A stretch of DNA of 64,000 bases, taken from an uncultured Bacillota bacterium. GTDB taxonomy: Bacteria > Bacillota_I > Bacilli_A > RF39 > UBA660. How positions within the stretch are numbered: the stretch's first letter is position 1; the number at the start of each line of letters is the position of its first letter. A model generated the notes under the pieces. It was not told the DNA's origin. It saw only the letters and a program-made list of their open reading frames with translations, and ran no database searches. The stretch is from contig CAJLEF010000002.1 of the NCBI GenBank assembly GCA_905205665.1, positions 13,788-77,787 on the forward strand, written 5' to 3'. Shown here one piece after another: positions 1-8,274 of this stretch. A program made the position numbers and the translations under genes.

Positions 1-1
1 T

Positions 2-850
2 ATTATTACTTTGACATTTCCAAAGGCCCATGACGATTTAGAAAATATCACGATTACTTATCAAAAAAGTGATACTTCCTCCATTTATCTTATGAATGAA
101 GATAACTTGGTAGCAAGAACTAACGTTTCTTTAAAAAATATAGACACTTTAGAACAAGCCAAGGAAATTATCACCTACTTAACGATTAATAGTTCTAAAG
201 CCAATTACTTGCCTATTTATTTTAAAGCTATCTTGCCTTCAAAAACCAAATTACTATCCATTGATTTGCAAGAAGATATTTTAAAATTAAATTTCAACAA
301 AAATTTATTAGATGTCGAAGAAAAAGACAGTGAAAAAATGTTAGAATGTTTAGTCTTTTCTTTAACAGAAATAAAAGGTGTCCGTGGTATTCTTATTTAT
401 GTTGAAAATGAATTACTAGATAAAATACCTCATACCAATAAAGCTCTACCCTATATTTTAACGAGAGATATAGGTGTTAATAAAGTATATAATTTGACTT
501 CTTTAAAAAATGTTAGTAAAACAACAACTTATTATATTGCGAAAGAAGAGGAAAATATCTATTATATTCCAGTGACAATTTTAGAAAATAATGATAAAAG
601 TAAGATTGAAATCGTGATTGAACATTTAAAGTCTAGTCCTCTTACTGAGACTAATTTAATAAGTTATTTAAATGCCTCGACAGAATTATCAAACTACGAA
701 GTTTTAGAACAAACGGTTTATCTATCTTTTTCTCCTCTTTTGTATGAAGGCATAAAAGAAGAAGATATTTTAGAAACCGTGAAATATGCGATTTCCTTAT
801 CTATGCAAGATACTTTAAATGTTCAAAATGTTGTTTTCACAGAAGAATAA
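2..850 (+). CDS. GerM-like sporulation/germination protein (two GerMN-type modules); 5' end runs off the window
   Basis: The frame stays open back to the left edge, with no stop in codons at 2-10. There are two tandem modules with a GerMN-like pattern (LPSKTKLLSIDLQEDILKLNF ... LVFSLTEIKGVRGILIYVENE, and a second copy around YYIPVTILENN ... VYLSFSPLL). Confidence 0.5.
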   Translation: MITLTFPKAHDDLENITITYQKSDTSSIYLMNEDNLVARTNVSLKNIDTLEQAKEIITYLTINSSKANYLPIYFKAILPSKTKLLSIDLQEDILKLNFNKNLLDVEEKDSEKMLECLVFSLTEIKGVRGILIYVENELLDKIPHTNKALPYILTRDIGVNKVYNLTSLKNVSKTTTYYIAKEEENIYYIPVTILENNDKSKIEIVIEHLKSSPLTETNLISYLNASTELSNYEVLEQTVYLSFSPLLYEGIKEEDILETVKYAISLSMQDTLNVQNVVFTEE

Positions 851-868
851 AGTTATCTGTTAATTTGT

Positions 869-943
869 GAAAGTACTTTCGGAGTAATTTTGAGAGTAAT
901 TTTTAAAAAAGGTATGAAAAAAGCCCTTAAATAAAGGGCTTTT
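869..943. repeat. tRNA-linked composite repeat, copy A. Palindrome GAAAGTACTTTC, tandem GGAGTAATTTT/GAGAGTAATTTT units, then a terminator hairpin
   Basis: Near-identical sequence recurs at 2613-2684, 54570-54643 and 57191-57248, with partial copies at 2352-2380 and 52965-53011. The hairpin AGCCCTT/AAGGGCT (922-940) is followed on the minus strand by a T-run, so it acts as the intrinsic terminator for tRNA-Arg. Confidence 0.8.
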
Positions 944-953
944 AAGTCATACA

Positions 954-1030
954 TGGTGTCCTGGGCGAGATTCGAACTCACGACCGATCGCTTAGAAGGC
1001 GATTGCTCTATCCAGCTGAGCTACCAGGAC
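954..1030 (-). tRNA. tRNA-Arg (anticodon TCT)
   Basis: The reverse complement GTCCTGGTAGCTCAGCTGGATAGAGCAATCGCCTTCTAAGCGATCGG...GTTCGAATC...CACCA folds as a cloverleaf. The anticodon loop is CTTCTAA and CCA is encoded. Confidence 0.9.
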
Positions 1031-1049
1031 ATAAGTAGCTAACAAAAAG

Positions 1050-1078
1050 ATTATAATATAAATCCAATTTATTTTCAA
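1050..1078 (-). promoter_or_regulatory. sigma-A type promoter for tRNA-Arg(TCT)
   Basis: On the minus strand: TTGAAA, a 17-nt spacer, then TATAAT. It ends about 20 nt upstream of the tRNA 5' end. Confidence 0.6.
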
Positions 1079-1098
1079 CCTTTTTGTAGCAAATTAAA

Positions 1099-1458
1099 TT
1101 AAGCTTCTTTAACAGAATCGTTTCTTTCTTTAACTTTATATTCTTTACGCATTCCTTTAATGAAGTTAAGTTTAGCACGGCGTACCATACCTTTTTTAAC
1201 AACAGTAATCTTGTCAATAGTAGGTGCATTAATTGGGAAAATACGAACAACACCAACACCACTTGATTTTTTACGAACAGTAATTGTTTCAGAAACACTA
1301 CCGCCCTTTTTAGCAATAACTAATCCTTCAAATGCTTGAATACGTTCTTTCTTACCTTCTTTAACCCATACATCAACACGTACAGTGTCACCTACACGAA
1401 TTTCAGGAACATCTTTACGAATATGTTTAGCATTAATTTTATCAACTAAATTTGCCAT
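1099..1458 (-). CDS. rplS: 50S ribosomal protein L19
   Basis: 119 aa. VGDTVRVDVWVKEGKKERIQAFEGLVIAKKG...RKISSGVGVERIFP-type sequence is typical of L19. Confidence 0.95.
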   Translation of the reverse strand: MANLVDKINAKHIRKDVPEIRVGDTVRVDVWVKEGKKERIQAFEGLVIAKKGGSVSETITVRKKSSGVGVVRIFPINAPTIDKITVVKKGMVRRAKLNFIKGMRKEYKVKERNDSVKEA

Positions 1459-1595
1459 ATCTTTCTTCCTTTCTATCTTAATTACATATTATCATAATTT
1501 TTATCAGCGGATAATACATCACTTTTCACAAGCAAAGATATTATAGCATAAAAAAAAGAAAACATTCAACTATAAATGAACATTTTGATGATTTT

Positions 1596-1775
1596 TTAAG
1601 CATTTTCTTTCTTGATATCATTTGAATTTTTTTTAATCGTTTGCTGATTTTCAAGCTCTTCTTCTGTAACAATGAGTTTATCATTTTTATTTTCAATCTT
1701 TAAACAAGCAAATGACGTTTCAATTATTATACTTTCATTTTCTGATAAAACAATTTTCTTCGTTTCTTTTTCCAT
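1596..1775 (-). CDS. hypothetical small acidic protein (59 aa)
   Basis: The internal ATG at 1775 lies 1 nt after the TAA of the upstream XRE gene. The start is chosen from this tight coupling. No recognisable family. Confidence 0.35.
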   Translation of the reverse strand: MEKETKKIVLSENESIIIETSFACLKIENKNDKLIVTEEELENQQTIKKNSNDIKKENA

Positions 1776-1776
1776 A

Positions 1777-2016
1777 TTAAAACTCACTTTCAATGCCTTC
1801 AAAAATTTCATCATCAAAAAATTCTTCAAGTGAAATATTAAGACCATCACAAATATGAATTATTGTTAAAAGTTTTGGATTGTTTGATGTTCCCGCGATA
1901 AGATTTTGCACTGTACTTTGCGTAAGACAGGACATAGCTGCTAATTTATTAGGGGTAACGTTTTTTTCTTTACATAATTTTGTTAATTTAATTGATATTG
2001 CCTCTGACAGTTTCAT
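1777..2016 (-). CDS. XRE-family helix-turn-helix transcriptional regulator (79 aa)
   Basis: MKLSEAISIKLTKLCKEKNVTPNKLAAMSCLTQSTVQNLIAG is a Cro/C1-type HTH. The ATG at 2016 is preceded by AAGGTGG. The longer ORF-track start lacks an RBS. Confidence 0.75.
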   Translation of the reverse strand: MKLSEAISIKLTKLCKEKNVTPNKLAAMSCLTQSTVQNLIAGTSNNPKLLTIIHICDGLNISLEEFFDDEIFEGIESEF

Positions 2017-2248
2017 ATTTACCACCTTACAAAAAAAGTATATCAATAAATTGGGCAAAACTACTAACCACGCACCGTTAATATTGATGTTTTTTGCTTT
2101 TTTTTGCAAGTTCCTTTCTATACAAAGTTAGTATAGCAACTGAAAGAAGCAAATATTGTCGAAATAGCATTTATAGTCTTTATATTATTTTAAACCACAT
2201 ATATTTATCAAACTTAATATTATTAAAATACTTTTTAACATAGAAAGA

Positions 2249-2263
2249 GGTGGCTCGCCCGGG
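2249..2263 (-). repeat. orphan copy of the tRNA-Lys 3' end (att-like fragment)
   Basis: GGTGGCTCGCCCGGG is identical over 15 nt, and in the same orientation, to the 3' acceptor/T-arm of tRNA-Lys at 2699-2713. Confidence 0.6.
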
Positions 2264-2351
2264 GTCAGAACAAATATCAAAAAAGCCCTTATTCTAAGGC
2301 TTTTGCCCTATCCACTTTTGTTAATTATATGCAAAATTAATCTTATTTTAT

Positions 2352-2380
2352 GTACTTCGGAGTAATTTTGGAGTAATTTT
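2352..2380. repeat. solo partial copy of the tRNA-linked repeat (GTACTTCGGAGTAATTTTGGAGTAATTTT)
   Basis: It matches the tandem AGTAATTTT part of copies A, C and D but has no hairpin or tRNA next to it. Confidence 0.6.
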
Positions 2381-2612
2381 ATTTAATGAAACATAAATTA
2401 TGACCGTAATAAATCTACATATCTTTTAAATTTTAAAAATAAGTACACCAAATATTTTAGATAAATCTTAATCCACTTTTATTAAATGTAATTATTCCCG
2501 ACACCTTATGATAATCAAATAATTCTTTTTTAGATTCAGTTTGAAATCATTATTCAAAGAAACATGTTTTGCAAATATATTTAAAATGCTGAATAATAAA
2601 GATTATATTTCA

Positions 2613-2684
2613 AAAAGTACTTTCGGAGTAATTTTAAGAGTAATTTTAAAAAAGTGCATGAAAAAAGCCTTTAAATAAAGGCTT
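2613..2684. repeat. tRNA-linked composite repeat, copy C (includes the terminator of the Val-Thr-Tyr-Gln-Lys tRNA operon)
   Basis: AAAAGTACTTTCGGAGTAATTTTAAGAGTAATTTT ... CATGAAAAAAGCCTTTAAATAAAGGCTT lies immediately 3' of tRNA-Lys. Confidence 0.8.
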
Positions 2685-2697
2685 CATTAACATAAAA

Positions 2698-2773
2698 TGG
2701 TGGCTCGCCCGGGATTCGAACCCGGGACCCTTTGATTAAAAGTCAAATGCTCTACCAACTGAGCTAGCGAACC
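2698..2773 (-). tRNA. tRNA-Lys (anticodon TTT)
   Basis: The reverse complement is GGTTCGCTAGCTCAGTTGGTAGAGCATTTGACTTTTAATCAAAGGGTCCCGGGTTCGAATCCCGGGCGAGCCACCA. The anticodon loop is CTTTTAA. Confidence 0.9.
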
Positions 2774-2791
2774 GAATATCGTTATTAAAAA

Positions 2792-2867
2792 TGGCTGCCT
2801 CGGATGGACTCGAACCATCGAAATGTCAGAGTCAAAGTCTGATGCCTTACCGCTTGGCTACGAGGCA
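2792..2867 (-). tRNA. tRNA-Gln (anticodon TTG)
   Basis: The reverse complement is TGCCTCGTAGCCAAGCGGTAAGGCATCAGACTTTGACTCTGA...GGTTCGAGTCC...GCCA. The anticodon loop is CTTTGAC. Confidence 0.9.
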
Positions 2868-2880
2868 ATATTTTAAGAAA

Positions 2881-2964
2881 TGGTGGAGGGACATGGATTT
2901 GAACCATGGAACCCGAAGGAACAGATTTACAGTCTGCCGCGTTTGACCACTTCGCTATCCCTCC
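2881..2964 (-). tRNA. tRNA-Tyr (anticodon GTA), long variable arm
   Basis: The reverse complement is GGAGGGATAGCGAAGTGGTCAAACGCGGCAGACTGTAAATCTGTTCCTTCGGGTTCCATGGTTCAAATCC...CACCA. Confidence 0.9.
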
Positions 2965-2975
2965 ATAACAAGAAA

Positions 2976-3051
2976 TGGTGCCGACAGAGGGAATCGAACC
3001 CCCAACCTACTGATTACAAGTCAGTTGCGCTACCTATTACGCTATGTCGGC
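2976..3051 (-). tRNA. tRNA-Thr (anticodon TGT)
   Basis: The reverse complement is GCCGACATAGCGTAATAGGTAGCGCAACTGACTTGTAATCAGTAGG...GGTTCGATTCC...CACCA. Confidence 0.9.
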
Positions 3052-3061
3052 AAAAAAATAA

Positions 3062-3138
3062 TGGTGGGCGTTTACGGACTCGAACCGCAGACCCTCTGCT
3101 TGTAAGGCAGATGCTCTAACCAACTGAGCTAAACGCCC
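3062..3138 (-). tRNA. tRNA-Val (anticodon TAC)
   Basis: The reverse complement is GGGCGTTTAGCTCAGTTGGTTAGAGCATCTGCCTTACAAGCAGAGGGTCTGCGGTTCGAGTCC...CACCA. Confidence 0.9.
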
Positions 3139-3160
3139 TTGTCTTCAACTGACACTTAAA

Positions 3161-3189
3161 ATATTACCAAAAAGAATATCTCTTGTCAA
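3161..3189 (-). promoter_or_regulatory. sigma-A type promoter of the five-tRNA operon
   Basis: On the minus strand: TTGACA, a 17-nt spacer, then TAATAT, about 22 nt upstream of tRNA-Val. Confidence 0.6.
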
Positions 3190-3359
3190 TTGAATTTTGC
3201 ATTTTTTTTGCTTTTTTTTCATTTTGTGCCAATATCTTTAAAATATTTAATTTTTAATCCTATTTTTCCTGCTTAAAATCTATAAATTGTGATTTTGTAC
3301 ATAACTATATTTGCCTAAAAATTAAAAATTAATATCCTATAAAATCATAAAATTTTAAA

Positions 3360-3578
3360 CTATATTTTTCTAATGTTTTCAAATTCAGGTACTATATCAA
3401 ATTTATCAGCAATATTTTCCATTTCAACTTGATTACCATAGACATCTATTTTATATCTTTTAGGAAAAGATTTTTTCTGGCGTTCACAATTATCCTTTAT
3501 TATTTTTTCTAAAGTTTGATTTAAAGCTTCTCCTTCTAAATGGTAAACGTTTATATACACTGATTTAACTGCTTTCAT
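3360..3578 (-). CDS. hypothetical protein (72 aa), last gene of the racemase/ligase/AsnB operon
   Basis: Its start overlaps the upstream stop by 4 nt, which suggests translational coupling. No recognisable family. Confidence 0.4.
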   Translation of the reverse strand: MKAVKSVYINVYHLEGEALNQTLEKIIKDNCERQKKSFPKRYKIDVYGNQVEMENIADKFDIVPEFENIRKI

Positions 3579-5182
3579 AATTTTTCACCAGATAATGGTT
3601 TGTTTACTTTGGATAAAATATAATTCCCTATTTCTTCTATAATTTTATCTTCGTTCGGCCATGATAAATGACTATTTAGTTCGGGATATTTAGATAATAA
3701 ATACTCACAATAAGAAGGTGTTAATTTTTTTAAATGCGTAAGTAGTAATCTTATAATCCAAGAAAGTGTCATGCCTATATCAGATTGTCGTTTTAAAAGA
3801 ACATTCAGTTTTTGGTAAAATTCATTCATGGAATTTACATTAAAAAGTTCTGAAACATCCATAGTCATGAAATTATAACGTTTTGTCATAGCTTCCTCTT
3901 CATTTGTTAAAATGAGATGATTATACAAATCTTTATCCATATCGTTATCCCAAGTAGGATCTGTCACATAGAAGCCATCAATATCATATTTAGGATCGTT
4001 TATATATACATACCGTCTAGCGTGCCCAGCTGATGAGGCAACCACTTGTTCATTTTCACCTTTTGTATCATAAGAAATATCGACAGAAACACCATGATCT
4101 ATAGATGGTATGCCTTCTTTATCAAGTAAATCACCTAGTAAATTAGAATATCCTACACAAACCATATATTCATTATCTAAAATACTATAAAGATTTCTTG
4201 AAGCTAATAAATCCTCACTGTTTTCACGATATTGTTTATATTTTTTAGTAGTATTATAGTCATAAATAAATTTTTCAAAAGGACTTAAATTTTTAGTATT
4301 ACCTACTAACTGCCAAAGTTTCTTTTCTGATTCAAAAAAATTATCTAGAGTTATCAATTCCAAATCAAATGACGCTTTAATATTTCTTCTTAAATATTCG
4401 CTGTTTTGGAAAATTTTTTCTAAAACATTTTTTTTGTTTTTAACTTCTATTACCACAATATTTTTTTTACCAAGTTCAGCAAGTCTATCAAATATAGCTA
4501 TAGCAGATTCCATATTTTCTTCAGTCACACTAAATGTCAAATTATCATTTTGTAAATATTTTAAATTTGAAAGCTCTTCTGCAGTGACTTTATCACAGAG
4601 AGGGAAAGAAAAATTATTTGCATCTTCTAGACCTGCTAAATCCTTATAAGTATATTTTCCAAATAATTTCTTTTCGTAATTAAAAACTATTAAAGGATCA
4701 AAATTTTCTTTTAGTTCTTCGCATACCCCGTATGTATCAACTTTCTCAAGAAATGAATTTTTCAATATTTTATAATGTTCTAAAGTCAAGCAATATTTAG
4801 TAAGAGTAAGTTCTTTTAAATTTTGATTTTTTGCTAGAGCCTGAAGCAAACGTGTTGTCATAAATGCATTTGAGCCAATAATAAGAGAAGAAGCGAGATT
4901 TTGGGTAAAAAACTCTTCTAAAAAAGCATTCATTTTATCCGTATTTTTTAAGTAATAATCAGGATTAATACGTAAACGCATGTTTCCTTCAATACAAAAA
5001 GGATAATCTTCTGTGTTATAAATATTTTTCATGCAAAAATTATCATCAAATTGCAGAATTTCACTTTCTGTCAATGAGATGGCTTTTATAGATACCCTAC
5101 CTAAAAAAGAATACATCTCCTGTAAAGTATATACTTTGTATATTTCAGGTTTTGTTTCAAAATAATTTTCAATACGCTCCAT
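3575..5182 (-). CDS. hypothetical protein with a C-terminal transglutaminase-like (papain-fold Cys-His-Asp) core
   Basis: MVCVGYSNLLGDLLDKEGIP (Cys), AGHARRYVYI (His) and FYVTDPTWDND (Asp) appear in the order and spacing typical of the transglutaminase core. The N-terminal ~330 aa has no recognised family. The ATG lies 5 nt after the asnB stop and is preceded by GAAGGAG. Confidence 0.55.
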   Translation of the reverse strand: MERIENYFETKPEIYKVYTLQEMYSFLGRVSIKAISLTESEILQFDDNFCMKNIYNTEDYPFCIEGNMRLRINPDYYLKNTDKMNAFLEEFFTQNLASSLIIGSNAFMTTRLLQALAKNQNLKELTLTKYCLTLEHYKILKNSFLEKVDTYGVCEELKENFDPLIVFNYEKKLFGKYTYKDLAGLEDANNFSFPLCDKVTAEELSNLKYLQNDNLTFSVTEENMESAIAIFDRLAELGKKNIVVIEVKNKKNVLEKIFQNSEYLRRNIKASFDLELITLDNFFESEKKLWQLVGNTKNLSPFEKFIYDYNTTKKYKQYRENSEDLLASRNLYSILDNEYMVCVGYSNLLGDLLDKEGIPSIDHGVSVDISYDTKGENEQVVASSAGHARRYVYINDPKYDIDGFYVTDPTWDNDMDKDLYNHLILTNEEEAMTKRYNFMTMDVSELFNVNSMNEFYQKLNVLLKRQSDIGMTLSWIIRLLLTHLKKLTPSYCEYLLSKYPELNSHLSWPNEDKIIEEIGNYILSKVNKPLSGEKL

Positions 5183-5187
5183 TTAAA

Positions 5188-7032
5188 TTATACTCCTTCA
5201 TTAAAATACTGTTCATACCATATACAAAAGCAATAAATATTGTATATTTTTCGACCATTATTTTCTTTATTATGATAATGATTTTCTAATAAATTAAGGA
5301 TATACTCTTGATCAAAAAACTTTGAAACATAGTCTTTTTGAAAAGCTTCTTTTACCATTTTATAATATTTTTCTTCTCTCAACCATTTTGAAAAAGGCAC
5401 AGGAAAACCGCATTTTCTTCTTTTAGCCCAATCTAGAGGAATTGTTTCTTTAGCTAAATCACGAAATAAAAATTTTGTTTCTTTATTTTTTAACAAATAT
5501 TTTGATGGAATCGTTCTAGCAAAATTGAAAACATCAATATCCATAAGAGGTGTTCTTAACTCCACAGAATGTGCCATGCTCATACGATCTGCCTTCACTA
5601 AGATATCTTTTGGAAGCCAAAAATTAAAATCAATATACATTTTTTGGGTAAGAACATCTTCATCTTTTACTTTGTCATAATAAGGCTTGATGATATCAGA
5701 TATTTTCTCATCATTTTTTATAGAGTCCGCTAAAATCTTATTGGCCTCATCACTTTCCATATAGCTTCCATGCCCAATATATCTTTCATAAAAAGGTTGT
5801 CCATATAAAATTAAGGTGTTTCGCCCTGGGAAATGTGGTAAATGCTTACAGATGTTACGATTAAACTTTCTTAAAAATAAGGGCAAATGAAGGTACAAAC
5901 GTAGTAAGAAAGGATCATTATACTCATTATATCCCCCAAACATTTCATCGGCTCCTTCGCCCGCTAGAGCTACCTTCACATCTTTACATGTTAAATCACT
6001 TAAAAAATATAAAGGCACCGTAGATAAATTAGCATGAGGTTCATCCGTATGCCACTCTACTTTTGGTAAAGCATCGAAAAAATCGTCAGCGCTTACTTTT
6101 TCTCGTTTATTTTTGATTTTCAAATTTTTAGATAATTCCTTCGCATAATCGGTTTCATCAAAACCTTCATAAGAAAAACCAACTGAATAAGTTTTATCAG
6201 GTTTGGCGACACTTACCACATAAGATGAGTCTACTCCTCCAGATAAATAAGCCCCTACTTCGACATCACTTGTTGTTTGATGATAGTAAATAGAGTCTTT
6301 TAAGACATCCCTTAGTTCTTCTTTCATTTCTTCAAAACTTTTTTTCGTATTTTTACGGTCAAAGGAAAGTTCAAAATAAGGTTTAATATCTAACTTATTA
6401 TTTTTGTAATGGAAATAATGTCCGGGACGTAATTTCATAATACCTTTAAAGAAACTTTCATCTTTGACAGAATATTGGAAAATCAAATACATTTTTAACG
6501 CATCTGTATTTACTTCTTTATGATAATCTGGATGTTCTAAAATTGATTTTATTTCTGAGCCGAAAATAAAATCTCCATCTTTTTCATAATAATAAAAAGG
6601 TTTGATGCCAAAGTGATCCCTTGCTCCCACAAGTTCATGCGTTTCTAAATCATAAATCACAAAAGCAAACATACCACGTAGTTTATTAAATAAATCATCT
6701 TGCCATTCGATATAACCATTTAAAACGACTTCGGTATCTGTCTTTGTTTTAAACTTGTAGCCTTTTTCTTCTAGTTCTTCTTTTAATTTTTGATAATTAT
6801 AAATTTCTCCATTAAAAATAATAGCCTTCTTGCCATCTAAAGAAAAAATAGGTTGAGCACCGCCTTCCACATCAATAATAGATAATCTTCTTTGACCTAA
6901 AGCAATCACGTCATCTGTGAAAAATCCTTCGCCATCTGGTCCACGGTGGGCAATGACATCCCCCATTTTTTTAATAATAACATCTTTTTCTTTTTTCTTT
7001 CTTTTATCAATAAATCCTACAATTCCACACAT
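5188..7032 (-). CDS. asnB: asparagine synthetase B family glutamine-hydrolysing amidotransferase
   Basis: MCGIVGF N-terminal nucleophile Cys2, with the start set at the ATG preceded by AGGAGG. The SGGVDSS PP-loop is present, and the length is ~614 aa. Confidence 0.9.
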   Translation of the reverse strand: MCGIVGFIDKRKKKEKDVIIKKMGDVIAHRGPDGEGFFTDDVIALGQRRLSIIDVEGGAQPIFSLDGKKAIIFNGEIYNYQKLKEELEEKGYKFKTKTDTEVVLNGYIEWQDDLFNKLRGMFAFVIYDLETHELVGARDHFGIKPFYYYEKDGDFIFGSEIKSILEHPDYHKEVNTDALKMYLIFQYSVKDESFFKGIMKLRPGHYFHYKNNKLDIKPYFELSFDRKNTKKSFEEMKEELRDVLKDSIYYHQTTSDVEVGAYLSGGVDSSYVVSVAKPDKTYSVGFSYEGFDETDYAKELSKNLKIKNKREKVSADDFFDALPKVEWHTDEPHANLSTVPLYFLSDLTCKDVKVALAGEGADEMFGGYNEYNDPFLLRLYLHLPLFLRKFNRNICKHLPHFPGRNTLILYGQPFYERYIGHGSYMESDEANKILADSIKNDEKISDIIKPYYDKVKDEDVLTQKMYIDFNFWLPKDILVKADRMSMAHSVELRTPLMDIDVFNFARTIPSKYLLKNKETKFLFRDLAKETIPLDWAKRRKCGFPVPFSKWLREEKYYKMVKEAFQKDYVSKFFDQEYILNLLENHYHNKENNGRKIYNIYCFCIWYEQYFNEGV

Positions 7033-7046
7033 AAATATCTCTCCTC

Positions 7047-8258
7047 CTATGCTTTCCAATAACTATTTTGGTATTCTTTTTTATAATGCCATAATCTTTT
7101 TTTCATCATTAAAAAGCGCTTAAAATTTTTATCTTTTGGGCATTCCATAGGGCTTACCCTTTTTTTCCATAGTCTTAAAGCTTCTTTTTTAAAATCTTCA
7201 TTTGTAATATAAGTTTTAACAATATTTTTAGGGACAAATGATAGTAAACATTCTTCTTTTAAATCTCTAAAAGGAAGTTCTTCTTGCAAAATAAGATCTT
7301 TTAACATAATTTCCACTAAATTAGCCTTTAAAGGGGTTAAATAATAGCTACACCGACCTTGTCTGGCATTAATCTCTAAAACTTTAAATGTATTACTTTT
7401 TTTATCATATTTCATATCGAATTCAAAAAAGCCATTCATACCTAAAGTTTCCATAAAAGTAATAATATTTTCTTTCATATTCGAAGTGTCTACCTTAAAG
7501 GTATTAAACCCATTAATAAGACAAGCGGCATTACCAACCATCGATTTACTTCTTTCTTGAAGTCCTATCTGGGCAAAACTAATCACTTTTACTTTACCAC
7601 TTTTTGAAACGTAAACAACACTGTCAAAAAGATAAGAATCATCTCCTGGAATATATTCTTGCAAAATAAGTTTTTCTTGGTATCCAGCACTTTTAATGCG
7701 ATTAATAGTATTTAAAAGTTCTTCTTCACTTTCAATTTTATATATTTTGTTTTTACCAGGAAAACTTAAATGATTATAAGAAACAACATCCGCTGGTTTT
7801 AAAATCATAGGATACGTCATTGTTGGAATAAGACTATCTTTTGTCACATCAAAATAATATGTTATAGGAAAACTTAAAGAGGATGTTTTATAAGTCTTAT
7901 AAAATTTTTCTTTATTTGTTAATGTTTCTAATACTTTGGCAGATTGTTTAAAATAGACTAAGTTATGTTCTAATATTTTTTGATTACGGGCTAAAAATAA
8001 CGAATACGTTTCATTTGTACTAATAACTAAAACCCTATTCTCAATATTTTTTAGAGCATAACGGTTTAATATTCTAACAAATTCTTGTTCATTCCATAAA
8101 TTAGGCTCATATTCTATTGTTAAGATATTAGAAAACTTAGTAAAGGCTAATCTGTCCTTTCCTATTAAATGGGCCTTTTTATGAGTATATTCATAAGCAC
8201 AACGAGCCATATAATAAGCATTCGCGTCACTTCCTAATATTAATATCTTTGTATCCAT
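7047..8258 (-). CDS. ATP-grasp carboxylate-amine ligase, D-aspartate-ligase (Asl)-like
   Basis: ILILGSDANAYYMARCAYE at the N terminus, LQEYIPGDDS, and EINARQGRCSYY are ATP-grasp motifs of the COG3919/Asl type. The start could be 8258 or 8264; the GGAAG RBS favours 8258. Confidence 0.6.
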   Translation of the reverse strand: MDTKILILGSDANAYYMARCAYEYTHKKAHLIGKDRLAFTKFSNILTIEYEPNLWNEQEFVRILNRYALKNIENRVLVISTNETYSLFLARNQKILEHNLVYFKQSAKVLETLTNKEKFYKTYKTSSLSFPITYYFDVTKDSLIPTMTYPMILKPADVVSYNHLSFPGKNKIYKIESEEELLNTINRIKSAGYQEKLILQEYIPGDDSYLFDSVVYVSKSGKVKVISFAQIGLQERSKSMVGNAACLINGFNTFKVDTSNMKENIITFMETLGMNGFFEFDMKYDKKSNTFKVLEINARQGRCSYYLTPLKANLVEIMLKDLILQEELPFRDLKEECLLSFVPKNIVKTYITNEDFKKEALRLWKKRVSPMECPKDKNFKRFLMMKKRLWHYKKEYQNSYWKA

Positions 8259-8274
8259 AATCATCTTCCTTTTC

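Noticed and set aside
914-934. Mini-ORF ATGAAAAAAGCCCTTAAATAA (MKKALK) conserved in the tRNA-linked repeats
   Set aside because: The conservation is explained by the terminator: the A-run is the complement of the T-tract, and the GCCC/GGGC is the stem. The ATG and stop are by-products. There is no convincing RBS, and one copy (52968 onward) reads through into unrelated sequence.
1008-1316. 102-aa minus-strand ORF
   Set aside because: It overlaps tRNA-Arg and the out-of-frame 3' half of rplS. It has no RBS and a low-complexity translation.
2308-2316. DnaA-box-like CTATCCACT
   Set aside because: It is a single imperfect copy with no cluster and no adjacent AT-rich unwinding element or dnaA/dnaN, so it is not an origin.
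2880-3119. 79-aa plus-strand ORF
   Set aside because: It lies entirely across the tRNA-Tyr, tRNA-Thr and tRNA-Val genes, so it is an artefact of GC-rich tRNA sequence.
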